A DNA stretch of 64,000 nt from an uncultured virus (IMG/VR IMGVR_UViG_2061766007_000800) (taxonomy: Duplodnaviria; Heunggongvirae; Uroviricota; Caudoviricetes). The stretch lies in the IMG/VR virus record IMGVR_UViG_2061766007_000800; one strand, given 5' to 3'. The position numbers and the translations under genes are program-made. Under the pieces are notes generated by a model, which saw only the letters and a program-made list of their open reading frames with translations, had not been told where the DNA came from and made no database searches. Shown piece after piece: positions 27,220 to 37,838 of this stretch. Position 1 is the stretch's first letter, and every line of letters starts with the position of its first letter.

Positions 27220-28356
27220 ATGAATAAAATTATAACTGTAGGTATCCCTGCATATAAAGCTCAATCTCATATCTCTGATTTATTAAGTTCAATACAAACT
27301 CAGACTGCAAGAGATGTAATCAAAGTAGTTATATCTAATGATAACCCTGGGGATAAGTATGACAAGATAGTTAAAAATTATCCAGATTTAGAGATTAAAG
27401 TTATTGACTGCACAGAAAATGGCGGACCAGGCGTTGCGCGTCAAAGAATCTTAGACCAATGCGATACAGATTGGATTACATTCTGTGATGCAGATGATAT
27501 TTTCTTATCACCTTTTGCTATTGAATATTTGTTAAAGGGTGTAAAGGAAAATGTTATTGAAGTTCAGTCACCTTTCTGCCAGGAAATCAGAGAACCTAAC
27601 CCTCAAGGTATTCGTATGATGCCAAGAAATGATGTTGGGCATCCTTGGGTGTTTGGTAGACTTTATAATGCAAAATTCCTTAAAGAAAGTGGTATTCAGT
27701 TTGGTAAACAAAGAGCCATGGAAGATGGTCAGCTTAACTGGGAAGTAAGAATGACAATAGAAGGAAGTCCTTTACTTATCAATGTAATTGATTTCCCTAC
27801 TTATTTATGGCGGACAGGTAGCGAACATAGCATTACTCGTATCGGTATTAAAGAGAATGATGGCATGCCTCTTTATAACTTTGACTTATGTCAGGTTGGA
27901 GCAACCGCCGCAGCGATTAATGCTATCAAGTTCTGTAAAAAGAAGAATCCTTTTAACGGTAATATCCTTAGATTTACTGTTGAAATGATGATTGGTCAGT
28001 ACTTTACATATATTGAATGTTTAGGTAAAAAGCCTTTATTTGCAAAGCAGAATTTATTTAATGCAAAGAGAATGTATCACTCAGTATATAAAGAGATTGA
28101 AAGTCAGATTAGTGACGAAATTATTAACAATCTTTACACAATGCAGATGGCTGGTAAGAGTGCTGAACTTATCGGCATTATTCCAGAAATTACTTTCTTC
28201 GACTTTATGGAAAAGGTTAAGAACGAGCCTTACGGTGGCAAGGAAGAATTCGATGCAATTAGAGCGGAACTTCCTGATTGGGTAACAGAACTCGACAAAA
28301 AGTCAGGAGTTCTCGGAGAAGAAGGATACATATATACAGAAGAAGAGGATAAATAA
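27220..28356 (+). CDS. glycosyltransferase family 2
   Basis: ITVGIPAY, ENGGPGVARQ, WITFCDADD, MED. Confidence 0.85.
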   Translation: MNKIITVGIPAYKAQSHISDLLSSIQTQTARDVIKVVISNDNPGDKYDKIVKNYPDLEIKVIDCTENGGPGVARQRILDQCDTDWITFCDADDIFLSPFAIEYLLKGVKENVIEVQSPFCQEIREPNPQGIRMMPRNDVGHPWVFGRLYNAKFLKESGIQFGKQRAMEDGQLNWEVRMTIEGSPLLINVIDFPTYLWRTGSEHSITRIGIKENDGMPLYNFDLCQVGATAAAINAIKFCKKKNPFNGNILRFTVEMMIGQYFTYIECLGKKPLFAKQNLFNAKRMYHSVYKEIESQISDEIINNLYTMQMAGKSAELIGIIPEITFFDFMEKVKNEPYGGKEEFDAIRAELPDWVTELDKKSGVLGEEGYIYTEEEDK

Positions 28357-28372
28357 TCCTCTTTTTCTTTTT

Positions 28373-28412
28373 GGTCAAAAAATGTTAATTTGCTCTCTGT
28401 TATTTTCAAATA
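28373..28412 (+). promoter_or_regulatory. putative late promoter (copy 3)
   Basis: GGTCAA-N27-TCAAATA upstream of a structural operon. Confidence 0.55.
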
Positions 28413-28438
28413 TATTATGAACAGGAGGATATTAACTA

Positions 28439-28915
28439 ATGGAAAATTTACTTGCACAATACTCCATAGGAACAATAGTCTTAGTAGTTTTCGGAGTTGC
28501 TTTTTTTATTAAGGAGGTCTGTGAACTAATTGATTATTTTAGGAAAAAAATAAATAATGGTTATGACGATAAAATTATAAAGAAGGAACAAGTGCAATTT
28601 TTTACAGACAGTTTGGAAGAACTCAAGGCTGAAAGTTCAAAAACAACTCAAGAAATTAAAGAAATAAAAGCCGAATTTGATAATGTTAATGCTAAAATAA
28701 ATTTGTTAACAGAATCAGATAAAGATGATATTAAGGGGTGGATAGTCTCTCAATATCATTTTTTTATGGAACAAGGTTGGATTGATGACTTTTCTATGGA
28801 TACAATAGAAAAAAGATATGGTCATTATGTAGAAGAGGGCGGAAATCATTACGTCCACACATTAATGAAGGAGTTAAAAGCATTGCCAAAAGATAAAGGT
28901 AAGGCTCAGAAATAA
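28439..28915 (+). CDS. membrane-anchored coiled-coil phage protein (lysis/structural module)
   Basis: N-terminal TM, coiled coil, Y..Y...GGN.Y motif. Confidence 0.6.
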   Translation: MENLLAQYSIGTIVLVVFGVAFFIKEVCELIDYFRKKINNGYDDKIIKKEQVQFFTDSLEELKAESSKTTQEIKEIKAEFDNVNAKINLLTESDKDDIKGWIVSQYHFFMEQGWIDDFSMDTIEKRYGHYVEEGGNHYVHTLMKELKALPKDKGKAQK

Positions 28916-28927
28916 AAGGAGGAAAAC

Positions 28928-30694
28928 ATGGCTAGCACTGTATTATATCCTGCAATTATAAATTCTACTATGCCGGCATTTGTTGTGCTGCCAAATACTG
29001 AAAATAGTTGTAGAATTTATTTTTCTTTATCAAAATTTAATTCTACTACTGATTTCACTTCTGTACAAGTTTCAATTAAGAAACAATCAACAGGAGAAAA
29101 TGTTGTGAATACAAGTGATGGCGGAGGTCTCTATCGTGCCACAGGTATTATTCTTGATGTACCTTTTACCGCCACAATGAATGAAAATGAATATTTTATA
29201 GAACTTAGTGATGATAACTTAAAAACTGTTAGAGGAGGTTATCATGGCTGGCTTCCTGGAGAACTTTATCAAGTTCAATTAAGATTAAGTGAAGTTGATT
29301 ATGGCGGAGCAAGCATGGGCCAAGCAGCTTGGTTAAATGCTAATGCGAACCACTTCTCTGAATGGTCTACTATTTGTATTTTAAAAGCAATTAGTGAGCC
29401 TTATATCACTTCATCTTCTTTGAAAAATGGTAATACACCTTTTGATAATAGAACTGCGGGAAGTACAAGATATAGTTTAAAAAGTTCTAATTTATATATG
29501 ATGTATAACAGAACGACAGATGACAAGGAAGACCTTTACTCATATAAAATTTATTTATATGATGATAACAATGAACTTCTCGAAGAATCTGATATACAGT
29601 ATGTAAATCAATATGTAAATAATAATGAATTAAAGTATATTATTAAATATGATTTACAAAATAATACTAATTATCAAATTTCATTAGAAATCAATACTAG
29701 AAATGATTATAGTGAATTGATAAATATAAATATTAGAGCCGAAATAAGTACGGCAAATCCTACACCTCTCAAACTTTACACTGTTGAGAACTATGATGAG
29801 CATTTAGCAGATAGTTCTGAAGCTATTGAAGCAGAAGATGGTATGGTTCTTATTTATATTGCTAAAGACCCCGATGCTTCATATTCTTCCGTAGCTCCGG
29901 CTGGAACATATGTGCTTCGCCGCAGTAGTAGTAAAGAAAACTTTACTGTTTGGGACGAAATTGCTACATTAACTTTTATTGGTCAGACAGTATCTTCATT
30001 CTATCAAGATTTGACTATTGAAAGTGGTGTATTTTATAAATATGCTATTCAGAAAATTATTAACTCAAATGAAAGAGGAGAAATGAAAAAAACAACTAAT
30101 CCTTCTATTAGAGAATTTGAGTATAGTTACATCTTAGGTGAAAATGGACAACAACTTCGTCTTATGTTTGATAATAATATGAATAGTTTTAATTTTAATC
30201 TTGATGAAGGTGTGCAGAAAACATTAGGTATGTATCCTGTTGTTCAAAGAGTTGGTGCAGCTTCATATAAGTCCTTCCCTATTAACGGACTTATCTCGTT
30301 CAACATGGATGAAAATCAAATGTTCTTAACAAAAAAGGATATTTACAAATATCAAGAAATTGTTGATTTATATGAAGCTAGACAATCAACAACTTCTTCT
30401 CAACAATATAATTACACTTATGAAAGAGATTTTAGAAATAAGGTTCTTGCGTTCCTTCAAAACAACAAAAGAAAGTTATTCAAATCTCCAACTGAAGGTA
30501 ACGTATTAGTTAAGATTACAAATGTTTCTTGTAGTCCTAATCAACAATTAAGTAGAATGATTTATAGTTTCTCCTCAACTGGAACTGAGGTTGATGAAGC
30601 AACAACAGAAAACTTAAATAAATTCAAAATAACAGGTAAAAGCATAGACACTACGGCGGCAAGCGAGAGTCATGCAGACCATAGTGCTTTATAA
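28928..30694 (+). CDS. putative virion structural (baseplate/tail) protein
   Basis: Large beta-rich ORF with Ig/FN3-like segments in a late operon. Confidence 0.55.
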   Translation: MASTVLYPAIINSTMPAFVVLPNTENSCRIYFSLSKFNSTTDFTSVQVSIKKQSTGENVVNTSDGGGLYRATGIILDVPFTATMNENEYFIELSDDNLKTVRGGYHGWLPGELYQVQLRLSEVDYGGASMGQAAWLNANANHFSEWSTICILKAISEPYITSSSLKNGNTPFDNRTAGSTRYSLKSSNLYMMYNRTTDDKEDLYSYKIYLYDDNNELLEESDIQYVNQYVNNNELKYIIKYDLQNNTNYQISLEINTRNDYSELININIRAEISTANPTPLKLYTVENYDEHLADSSEAIEAEDGMVLIYIAKDPDASYSSVAPAGTYVLRRSSSKENFTVWDEIATLTFIGQTVSSFYQDLTIESGVFYKYAIQKIINSNERGEMKKTTNPSIREFEYSYILGENGQQLRLMFDNNMNSFNFNLDEGVQKTLGMYPVVQRVGAASYKSFPINGLISFNMDENQMFLTKKDIYKYQEIVDLYEARQSTTSSQQYNYTYERDFRNKVLAFLQNNKRKLFKSPTEGNVLVKITNVSCSPNQQLSRMIYSFSSTGTEVDEATTENLNKFKITGKSIDTTAASESHADHSAL

Positions 30695-30705
30695 GGAGGT
30701 GGCTT

Positions 30706-32760
30706 ATGAGTTACTCTTCTTATAAAACAGATAAAGAATTTTTAAGACAGCTTGATGAAGATAGAGTTCAAAATCATTTTATAAAGATAGAGATACTTGA
30801 CATGGAAGAAAGACCTCTTACTTCCATTCAAGGTCGCTGTTTACCTGGCATTAGTATTAATCTTGATGGCTCTTCCAACATGAGAAGAACTTGTTCTCTT
30901 AATTTCGTGGCGGAAGAAGGGGAAAATGATTTAACTAATATTGATAATTTATTATCAATAAATAAAAGAATAGCTGTCTATGAAGGAATTGAAAATACCA
31001 TAAACCCAAATTATCCAAAAGTTTGTTGGTTTAAACAAGGTATATTTGTTATCAATCAGCCTTCAATCACACATAATTCATCATCAGTTAATATATCACT
31101 TAGTTGTAAAGATAAAATGTGTTTATTAAATGGAGAAAGCGGAGGTGGCCTTCCCGCTTCTATTACTTTCGATACATATGACCAGATTCTCGAAGATGGT
31201 ACTACAGAGTCTATTCCACAACGCATTTATGATATTATCTTTACTCTTGTTCATAGATATGGTAATATTCCTATGGATAAAATCTTCATTAGTGATATTG
31301 AACTTCAAATAAAACAATCTGTAAGATTTACAGGTACAGGTTCATTATATTTTAATCATGCAACAGGTGTTTATACTCTTGATGCTACAAAACTTGATAA
31401 CTCTGGTAATTGGGAGGTATTTGAATATAATGATGATGTTGGATTTGTTTATACTGATTTTGTTTATCCCGGCGAGTTAGTTTCTGGAATAGGCGAAACA
31501 GTTTGTAGTATATTAGATAAAATAAAAACTACTTTAGGTAATTTTGAATATTTCTTTGATGTAGATGGTAACTTTATATTCCAAGAAATAAAGAATTACC
31601 TTAATAATTCATATAGTCCTACAGATATATATAGACTTGATAATACAAGAAAAGTAGAAACTGCTAACAATGGTTTATGTATCTTAAACAATACAAATTA
31701 TGAACTTGATGTTAAAAGTAATACTAAGTCAGTTTATGATTTCATCACAGGTGATTTAGTTACTCAATGTTCTAATAACCCTAATTATGCTAATATCAAA
31801 AATGATTATCATATATGGGGCGCAACAGATAAAGGTCAAGCAATCCATTATCATATTGCTATAAAAGAAAAACCAAAGGAAATGCGTAATTTCTATGTTG
31901 TTAGAATACCAAATTCAACTAAGATTAGATTAGCTACTGCGGAAGAAGTTGCTAGTAGTAACTATATTATTGAAAATGAAAAGTTGGAAGTTGGCTCTGG
32001 TATGGCAACTGTTTCTCAAGAGAAAATGACAACATTAGACCCAGAAGCTAATGTTAAAGGAGAAGCACTTCAATTATCAAAGGCTGCGGCAGAGCTCTAT
32101 ACTCCTGCTGATTGGCGTGCTGAATTATATCTTGAGGGATTAGAAAAACAGCAGCATCAAATCAGACCTGATATTTTTGAACAAGAATTATTAGATTTAT
32201 TTGATGATATATATGATTTCCAAAATAAACAATTCAAAGTAGATATCGTTAAGCATCCAAATGACTTAATGTATTTCTTTGATTATCTTGAACCTGTCGA
32301 TAAACTTTATGACTATTCAGTTGATGCCATAGGTGTTAAAACAATGTCAGTTCAAGAACAAAAAATAAAGAAACTTTATAATGTAGATATTCCTAACTAC
32401 ATTATGATTAGCGTTGATGAAGACCCAGCGACACGCTCCGCAATGATTGACAGGTGTAAGCGTGAGGGTCAACCTTATTCGAATATAGACAAAAAAGTGT
32501 CTGACAGTATTACAGTTGGTACTATTGGTTATACTGCGGAAGAGGTTGCAAGAACTAATTTATATCAACATACAAATTATAATGAAACTATCTCTCTTTC
32601 GACAATACCTATCTATCATTTAGAACCTAATACTCGTATTACGGTTAAAGACCTTAGCTCTGGTATTGATGGCGATTTCATTATCCGCTCTATATCGCTT
32701 CCTCTTGGAGGAAAAGGTGTCATGTCAATAAGCGCCAATAGAGCGTTAGAAAGAATTTAG
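30706..32760 (+). CDS. putative tail/baseplate hub protein
   Basis: G.INLDG.S..RRTCSL, DKM.LLNG..GG, FEYFFD.DGNF.FQ, P.Y.LEPN.RI. Confidence 0.6.
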   Translation: MSYSSYKTDKEFLRQLDEDRVQNHFIKIEILDMEERPLTSIQGRCLPGISINLDGSSNMRRTCSLNFVAEEGENDLTNIDNLLSINKRIAVYEGIENTINPNYPKVCWFKQGIFVINQPSITHNSSSVNISLSCKDKMCLLNGESGGGLPASITFDTYDQILEDGTTESIPQRIYDIIFTLVHRYGNIPMDKIFISDIELQIKQSVRFTGTGSLYFNHATGVYTLDATKLDNSGNWEVFEYNDDVGFVYTDFVYPGELVSGIGETVCSILDKIKTTLGNFEYFFDVDGNFIFQEIKNYLNNSYSPTDIYRLDNTRKVETANNGLCILNNTNYELDVKSNTKSVYDFITGDLVTQCSNNPNYANIKNDYHIWGATDKGQAIHYHIAIKEKPKEMRNFYVVRIPNSTKIRLATAEEVASSNYIIENEKLEVGSGMATVSQEKMTTLDPEANVKGEALQLSKAAAELYTPADWRAELYLEGLEKQQHQIRPDIFEQELLDLFDDIYDFQNKQFKVDIVKHPNDLMYFFDYLEPVDKLYDYSVDAIGVKTMSVQEQKIKKLYNVDIPNYIMISVDEDPATRSAMIDRCKREGQPYSNIDKKVSDSITVGTIGYTAEEVARTNLYQHTNYNETISLSTIPIYHLEPNTRITVKDLSSGIDGDFIIRSISLPLGGKGVMSISANRALERI

Positions 32761-32773
32761 AAAGGAGACATAA

Positions 32774-33763
32774 ATGGCTGATATAAAACAGATAGAAGTT
32801 GCTGGCTATGACTATGACTTAAAAGATAGCATAGCTAGAGCTAATATGATAAATAAAACAGGAACAGATGTTGTTACAGGTATTATAAACTTCCAAAATG
32901 GCTTTAAGATTAATTCTAAAGTTATCTCTGTTTCTGGAAATAATGTAAACTTCGATAATAATGCAGTATGGAATTTTAGCGATGGTTGCTTAAAAAGTAA
33001 TGGATATGCAGTTCTTACTACCCACGACTTAAATATTGCTGATTTAGTCGGTAAAAAAGATGGTAATGGCGAAATTTTTGGTGACTATGAACATAACTCC
33101 GCACAGTTTAATTATGCTTTTGTTGCGGGTGAACAGAATGCGGCCAGTGCATCACACCAATTTATTTGTGGTAAATATAATGCAGGCAACCAAAATAACC
33201 TTGTAGAAGTTGGTAATGGTACAAGTTCGAACAATAGAAGTAATGCTTTTGAAATTAGAACTAATGGTGATGTTCATGCAGCAGACTTTGTTACACCAAG
33301 AGGTAGCTTTAATGAGATTATGGGTTCTGGTTCTCGTCAAAGATTTACCAATAATACCGCATTAACAGTTAACACAACAGATGTAGTAATATTAGATGAA
33401 ACCTTTACTGCTATGGGTGAACAAGGTTATGGAATGGTTAGTATTCCTGTTTCATCAAATCTCGATGGAAATATTGTTATTACTATTACTACCAACTTAA
33501 TAACAAAGCAAATTAAAAAATATTGCGGAAAAGGCTTCGAAATTATAAATTTCATTTTTAATATGGGAGCTGGAACTAATTCTGTTGAAATTAAAATTAA
33601 ATCTGAATATGTTAATTCGGAAATAAGAAATTTGAAAGCACAGAATACAGCACTTATTAATTATATTATGAACCTTACTTATGTTGCACCGGTGGTCGAT
33701 GATACACCTCCTACATTCTCTATAGCAGCATCAAGTATAGAAATGATTTTAATTGGTGCATAA
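32774..33763 (+). CDS. tail fibre-like protein (YadA-head-like repeats)
   Basis: AFVAGE.N.A...Q...GKYN...VGNG.....RSNAF. Confidence 0.6.
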   Translation: MADIKQIEVAGYDYDLKDSIARANMINKTGTDVVTGIINFQNGFKINSKVISVSGNNVNFDNNAVWNFSDGCLKSNGYAVLTTHDLNIADLVGKKDGNGEIFGDYEHNSAQFNYAFVAGEQNAASASHQFICGKYNAGNQNNLVEVGNGTSSNNRSNAFEIRTNGDVHAADFVTPRGSFNEIMGSGSRQRFTNNTALTVNTTDVVILDETFTAMGEQGYGMVSIPVSSNLDGNIVITITTNLITKQIKKYCGKGFEIINFIFNMGAGTNSVEIKIKSEYVNSEIRNLKAQNTALINYIMNLTYVAPVVDDTPPTFSIAASSIEMILIGA

Positions 33764-34110
33764 TATTGATTTTATAAAAAAATTTTGATATAATATATAT
33801 ATCAAATGGAAATGATATAACTAAATATCTTAGAGAAGGTTTTGTATCCAGAGTGTCTTTGGTAGATTTACTTCTCGTCTATTTAGGGGTANNNNNNNNN
33901 NNNNNNNNNNNNNNNNNNNNNNNNNNNNNNNNNNNNNNNNNNNNNNNNNNNNNNNNNNNNNNNNNNNNNNNNNNNNNNNNNNNNNNNNNNNNNNNNNNNN
34001 NNNNNNNNNNNNNNNNNNNNNNNNNNNNNNNNNNNNNNNNNNNNNNNNNNNNNNNNNNNNNNNNNNNNNNNNNNNNNNNNNNNNNNNNNNNNNNNNNNNN
34101 NNNNNNNNNN

Positions 34111-34409
34111 ATGTGAGAATTAATTCAGCTTTATTTTATGGCACAAATTCAAAGATTGTCGCCGCTGAAGAGTTTTTAAGAACAGAAGAAGGTCATAATA
34201 AAGACCTTTTAGCTTTAATAAATAATATTCTCAATAGTAGAGAAACATTATACTACGCAAAATGCTTTAGATTTTATATCTTTTGTGTTTTAATAGAGTG
34301 GTTTATAGAAAAGGACTTTCTTCCCACAAAACGCGGCGGAGAAAGAGTTTTAGTTGCTAGTAATCTTTCATATAAGATTGCTAACGATTTGGAGGAAAAA
34401 TTAAAATGA
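34111..34409 (+). CDS. hypothetical protein (start in gap)
   Basis: Open frame after the N run. Confidence 0.5.
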
Positions 34410-34660
34410 GAAGTTTAGAAGAAATTTCGGCAGACATACAGAAGTTGTCTGTTGAGAATATTTCTGATAATGACTCTTTAAAACAGATGTTCAGTTATTT
34501 AACTGAATTAACTGATAGAAAACAAGAAATTATCAGAGATATTACAGACCTTGCCGAGGATTATAATAAAATGGCTCATCAGTCCGAAGAGGACAATACA
34601 AATTATCAAGATAAAAGAGATGCTTATAGAGCGTGTGTAAAAATATTAGAAAAAATGTAA
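34406..34660 (+). CDS. hypothetical coiled-coil protein
   Basis: RBS and ORF. Confidence 0.65.
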   Translation: MRSLEEISADIQKLSVENISDNDSLKQMFSYLTELTDRKQEIIRDITDLAEDYNKMAHQSEEDNTNYQDKRDAYRACVKILEKM

Positions 34661-34673
34661 AGAGGGTATTATA

Positions 34674-34907
34674 ATGAGTGAATTAAAAGACAAAGTAATT
34701 ACTGAAATGAATTTGAAAAAAAGCATGACTTTTGTTGAATTATGTGACTATGGTAAATCGTTAGGTTATTCTGAATGGGATGTTGCTACTATCCTTCCCG
34801 CAATGTGTAAGGAAGGTTATCTTCAAAAGATTAGTAAGAAGATAAAGAAAAGAAAACTATTTGGAGCAATAGAAGAAATAACTGAAACGAGGTACTACTT
34901 AAGATGA
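34674..34907 (+). CDS. hypothetical protein (possible winged helix)
   Basis: RBS and ORF. Confidence 0.6.
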   Translation: MSELKDKVITEMNLKKSMTFVELCDYGKSLGYSEWDVATILPAMCKEGYLQKISKKIKKRKLFGAIEEITETRYYLR

Positions 34908-35155
34908 TAAGTAAATTTTATTGCACAAAATGTGGTTGTGAAGGAATCCCAATTTTTAGAAAAGGAAATCAAAGACGCGAAGCAGGGCATTTAAAAAAGA
35001 TTTATTGTCTTAACTGTCAAAAAGAAGTTAACCATGTCGAAGTGACAGAGGACTTATGTGGTTCTTATACAGTAGACGATTTTATAAAAGAATTTGAAGA
35101 AAAGAATTTTGATGAGGAGGGAAACAGGATAACCCCTTTAAATCAATTTCTTTAA
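34904..35155 (+). CDS. Zn-ribbon protein, ribosomal L33-like pattern
   Basis: FYCTKCG...HLKKIYCLNCQKEVNHVE. Confidence 0.5.
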   Translation: MISKFYCTKCGCEGIPIFRKGNQRREAGHLKKIYCLNCQKEVNHVEVTEDLCGSYTVDDFIKEFEEKNFDEEGNRITPLNQFL

Positions 35156-35167
35156 AGGAGAAAAGGA

Positions 35168-35677
35168 ATGAAAATCTTAATAGTTTTATGCGGATGTCCT
35201 GCATCTGGTAAGTCAACTTGGGTAAAAGAACAGGTTGCAACAGCAAGCAAATATCTTAATATAGAAGTGGTATCAAGAGATTTAATCCGCTTTGGACTTT
35301 TATGCGAAGGCGAAGATTATTTTGCAAAAGAAAAAGAAGTCTTTAAGATATATTGCAAGAGAATATCAGAACTTTTGGCGGACAATACTACTGATGTAGT
35401 TATCGCTGACGCGACACATATCAATAAAAAATCAAGAGCAAAACTATTTAAGAATATTTCTATTCCTAAAGATTGTAAACTTGAAGCAGTATGTTTTGAA
35501 ACACCTTTAGAGGTATGTTTAGAACGTAATGCGGAAAGGGAAGGTTTAGCAAAAGTTCCTGACGAAGCGATATATGGTTTATATAGTGACTATGAGCGTC
35601 CGACAGGCGCTGAAGGTTTTGAAATTATTAGAACTTATGATGGAACATATAAAACTTTTCAATTAAATAAGAGATAA
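35168..35677 (+). CDS. polynucleotide-kinase-like P-loop kinase (AAA_33)
   Basis: GCPASGKST, SRD.IR, IADATH, C.ERN..R. Confidence 0.8.
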   Translation: MKILIVLCGCPASGKSTWVKEQVATASKYLNIEVVSRDLIRFGLLCEGEDYFAKEKEVFKIYCKRISELLADNTTDVVIADATHINKKSRAKLFKNISIPKDCKLEAVCFETPLEVCLERNAEREGLAKVPDEAIYGLYSDYERPTGAEGFEIIRTYDGTYKTFQLNKR

Positions 35678-35693
35678 AAGGAGATAAAAGGAA

Positions 35694-36086
35694 ATGACAA
35701 GTTTTAAAGAAGTAATATTTATTGACTCTTCTTATGATAAGGAAGAGGCTTTAGCAACAGTAACAATTAAGTATGGTAACAGAGAATTCGTAGGTCATGC
35801 TAAGGCGGCTGAAGCAGATAAGGATAATGCTAATAGCTTTTCTGGCTGTCGTTTAGCTGAATTAAAGGCTACAAAAAGAGCTATTAAGAGTTCTCTTACA
35901 GAAATGAATAAAGAGTATAATACTATAAATGAATTTGTAAATAACTGTTTACAGACTAAGAAGTTTGATGCAGGTTCAGATACTGCAAAGGTTATGTTTA
36001 GACAGTTAAACATATTAAACAAGAAAATTGCTAAGGGAGAAGCAGGTTTAGCTGCTATCCAAAAGCAGATTGATTCCTTCAATTAA
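35694..36086 (+). CDS. hypothetical phage protein
   Basis: RBS, ORF and terminator. Confidence 0.65.
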   Translation: MTSFKEVIFIDSSYDKEEALATVTIKYGNREFVGHAKAAEADKDNANSFSGCRLAELKATKRAIKSSLTEMNKEYNTINEFVNNCLQTKKFDAGSDTAKVMFRQLNILNKKIAKGEAGLAAIQKQIDSFN

Positions 36087-36138
36087 AATAGAGCCTTTTT
36101 AGGCTCTTTTTTATAAAAAATAATAAAGGAGAGTAGTA

Positions 36139-37401
36139 ATGACTAAATTTTACGACACTTGCAGTTTACTGAACTCTTATAAGAGTATTTTTGGTAAAGG
36201 AGAGCAGTTCTTTTATTCGAGTGTTACTATTACTGAACTTGAGGATATAAAAACCTCGGGTAGAAAGGATGAATCAACCAAGTACTCTGCCCGCCAATTA
36301 TCTAATCTGTTGAAGAAATTTCCTTCAATAGCTGTACCTATTTTATATACAGAAGAGATTGGAGAAATTGTAGAACCATACAAATTCTACATGAATAATG
36401 ATGTCCGCATTATTGCGACTGCGTTATATGTAAAAGACAAATTAAATAAAGATATTGAATTTGTTACTGATGATATTAATTGTAAACTTATTGCTGATGT
36501 AGTAGGTTTAAATGTTCAGTTACTTAAAACAGAGAGTGACAAATACACAGGATATAAAGAAGTTGTTATGGATGAAGATGAGTTGATTCTTTTCTACTCT
36601 TGCACAATGCAAAGCGGTGAAAATCCATATGGCTTACTTACAAATGAATATTTGATTATCAAAGATGAGAATGGTGATATTGTAGATTTCTACAGATGGA
36701 CAGGAGAAGGATATGTTGATATCAACAAAAAGAAATTCTGTTTTGAAAGCCAATTCTTAGGAGATATCAAGCCACTTAAAGGTGATGTATATCAGAGAAT
36801 TGCTATGGATATGTTAATGAATAACAAGATTTCTGTATTGCGCGGACCGGCTGGTAGTGGTAAATCTCATCTCGCTCTTGGTTTCTTATTCTCGTTGTTA
36901 GAGAGAGACCAAATCGACAAGATTATAATTTTCTGTAATACAGTTGCAACTAAGGATTCCGCTAAGTTAGGTTATTACCCTGGTTCAAGAACTGAAAAGC
37001 TCTTAGATTCACAGATTGGTAACTTCCTTACAAGTAAGATAGGTGATAGAGCTTATGTAGAAAAAATGATTGCGGACGGTGACCTCGTACTACTTCCTAT
37101 GTCAGATATTAGAGGTTATGATACTTCTGGTATGCATGCAGGTGTATATATTACAGAAGCACAGAACTTAAGCATCGACCTTATGAAGCTTGCTCTTCAA
37201 AGAATTGGTGAGGATTCGATATGTGTCCTTGATGGTGACGATGAAGCTCAGGTTGACCTTAGTTCATATGCGGGTGATAATAATGGTTTAAGAGAAGCTT
37301 CAAGAGTATTTAGAGGTTCTGATATATATGGAGAAGTTACTCTTAAAAGAGTATTCCGTTCTAAAATTGCGGAATTGGCTCAAAAAATGGGCGAAAGATA
37401 A
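36139..37401 (+). CDS. phoH: PIN plus PhoH-family ATPase
   Basis: YDT..L PIN start, ND.RI; GPAGSGKS, LGY.PG, IRG, EAQN, GD..Q.D, RS.IA. Confidence 0.85.
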   Translation: MTKFYDTCSLLNSYKSIFGKGEQFFYSSVTITELEDIKTSGRKDESTKYSARQLSNLLKKFPSIAVPILYTEEIGEIVEPYKFYMNNDVRIIATALYVKDKLNKDIEFVTDDINCKLIADVVGLNVQLLKTESDKYTGYKEVVMDEDELILFYSCTMQSGENPYGLLTNEYLIIKDENGDIVDFYRWTGEGYVDINKKKFCFESQFLGDIKPLKGDVYQRIAMDMLMNNKISVLRGPAGSGKSHLALGFLFSLLERDQIDKIIIFCNTVATKDSAKLGYYPGSRTEKLLDSQIGNFLTSKIGDRAYVEKMIADGDLVLLPMSDIRGYDTSGMHAGVYITEAQNLSIDLMKLALQRIGEDSICVLDGDDEAQVDLSSYAGDNNGLREASRVFRGSDIYGEVTLKRVFRSKIAELAQKMGER

Positions 37402-37495
37402 ATAAATTATAGAACTTAATTGAAAAGTGTTAGTTATGTTTTTAAAAACATAATTAGCACTTTTTTGGTTAAATAGATTAAAGGAGGAAAAAGAT

Positions 37496-37825
37496 ATGGA
37501 AACAACAACACAATTACTTCAGTATGGTGCATTATTCTTAGGCGCAGTATTTGCAGTATCTACTTTTACAGGTCTTACTGTACAAGCAATTAAGAAATTG
37601 TTAGGCGAATTTAAGAAGAAAATTGGTACTAATTTACTTGCAAGTATTGTAGCAATCGCACTCTCTGCAGCACTTGCCGCAGGTTTTGCTATCGTAAAAG
37701 ATGTTACTGTTGATGCAGTATATATCGTTTATGGTCTTGCTCTTGCTTTCGTAAGTTGGCTTTGCGCTATGTTAGGTTATGACAAAGTTAAACAAGCATT
37801 AGAACAAACTTTTTTTAATAAATAA
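37496..37825 (+). CDS. holin
   Basis: Three predicted TM helices; immediately upstream of the endolysin. Confidence 0.7.
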   Translation: METTTQLLQYGALFLGAVFAVSTFTGLTVQAIKKLLGEFKKKIGTNLLASIVAIALSAALAAGFAIVKDVTVDAVYIVYGLALAFVSWLCAMLGYDKVKQALEQTFFNK

Positions 37826-37838
37826 GGGAGGAAATAAG

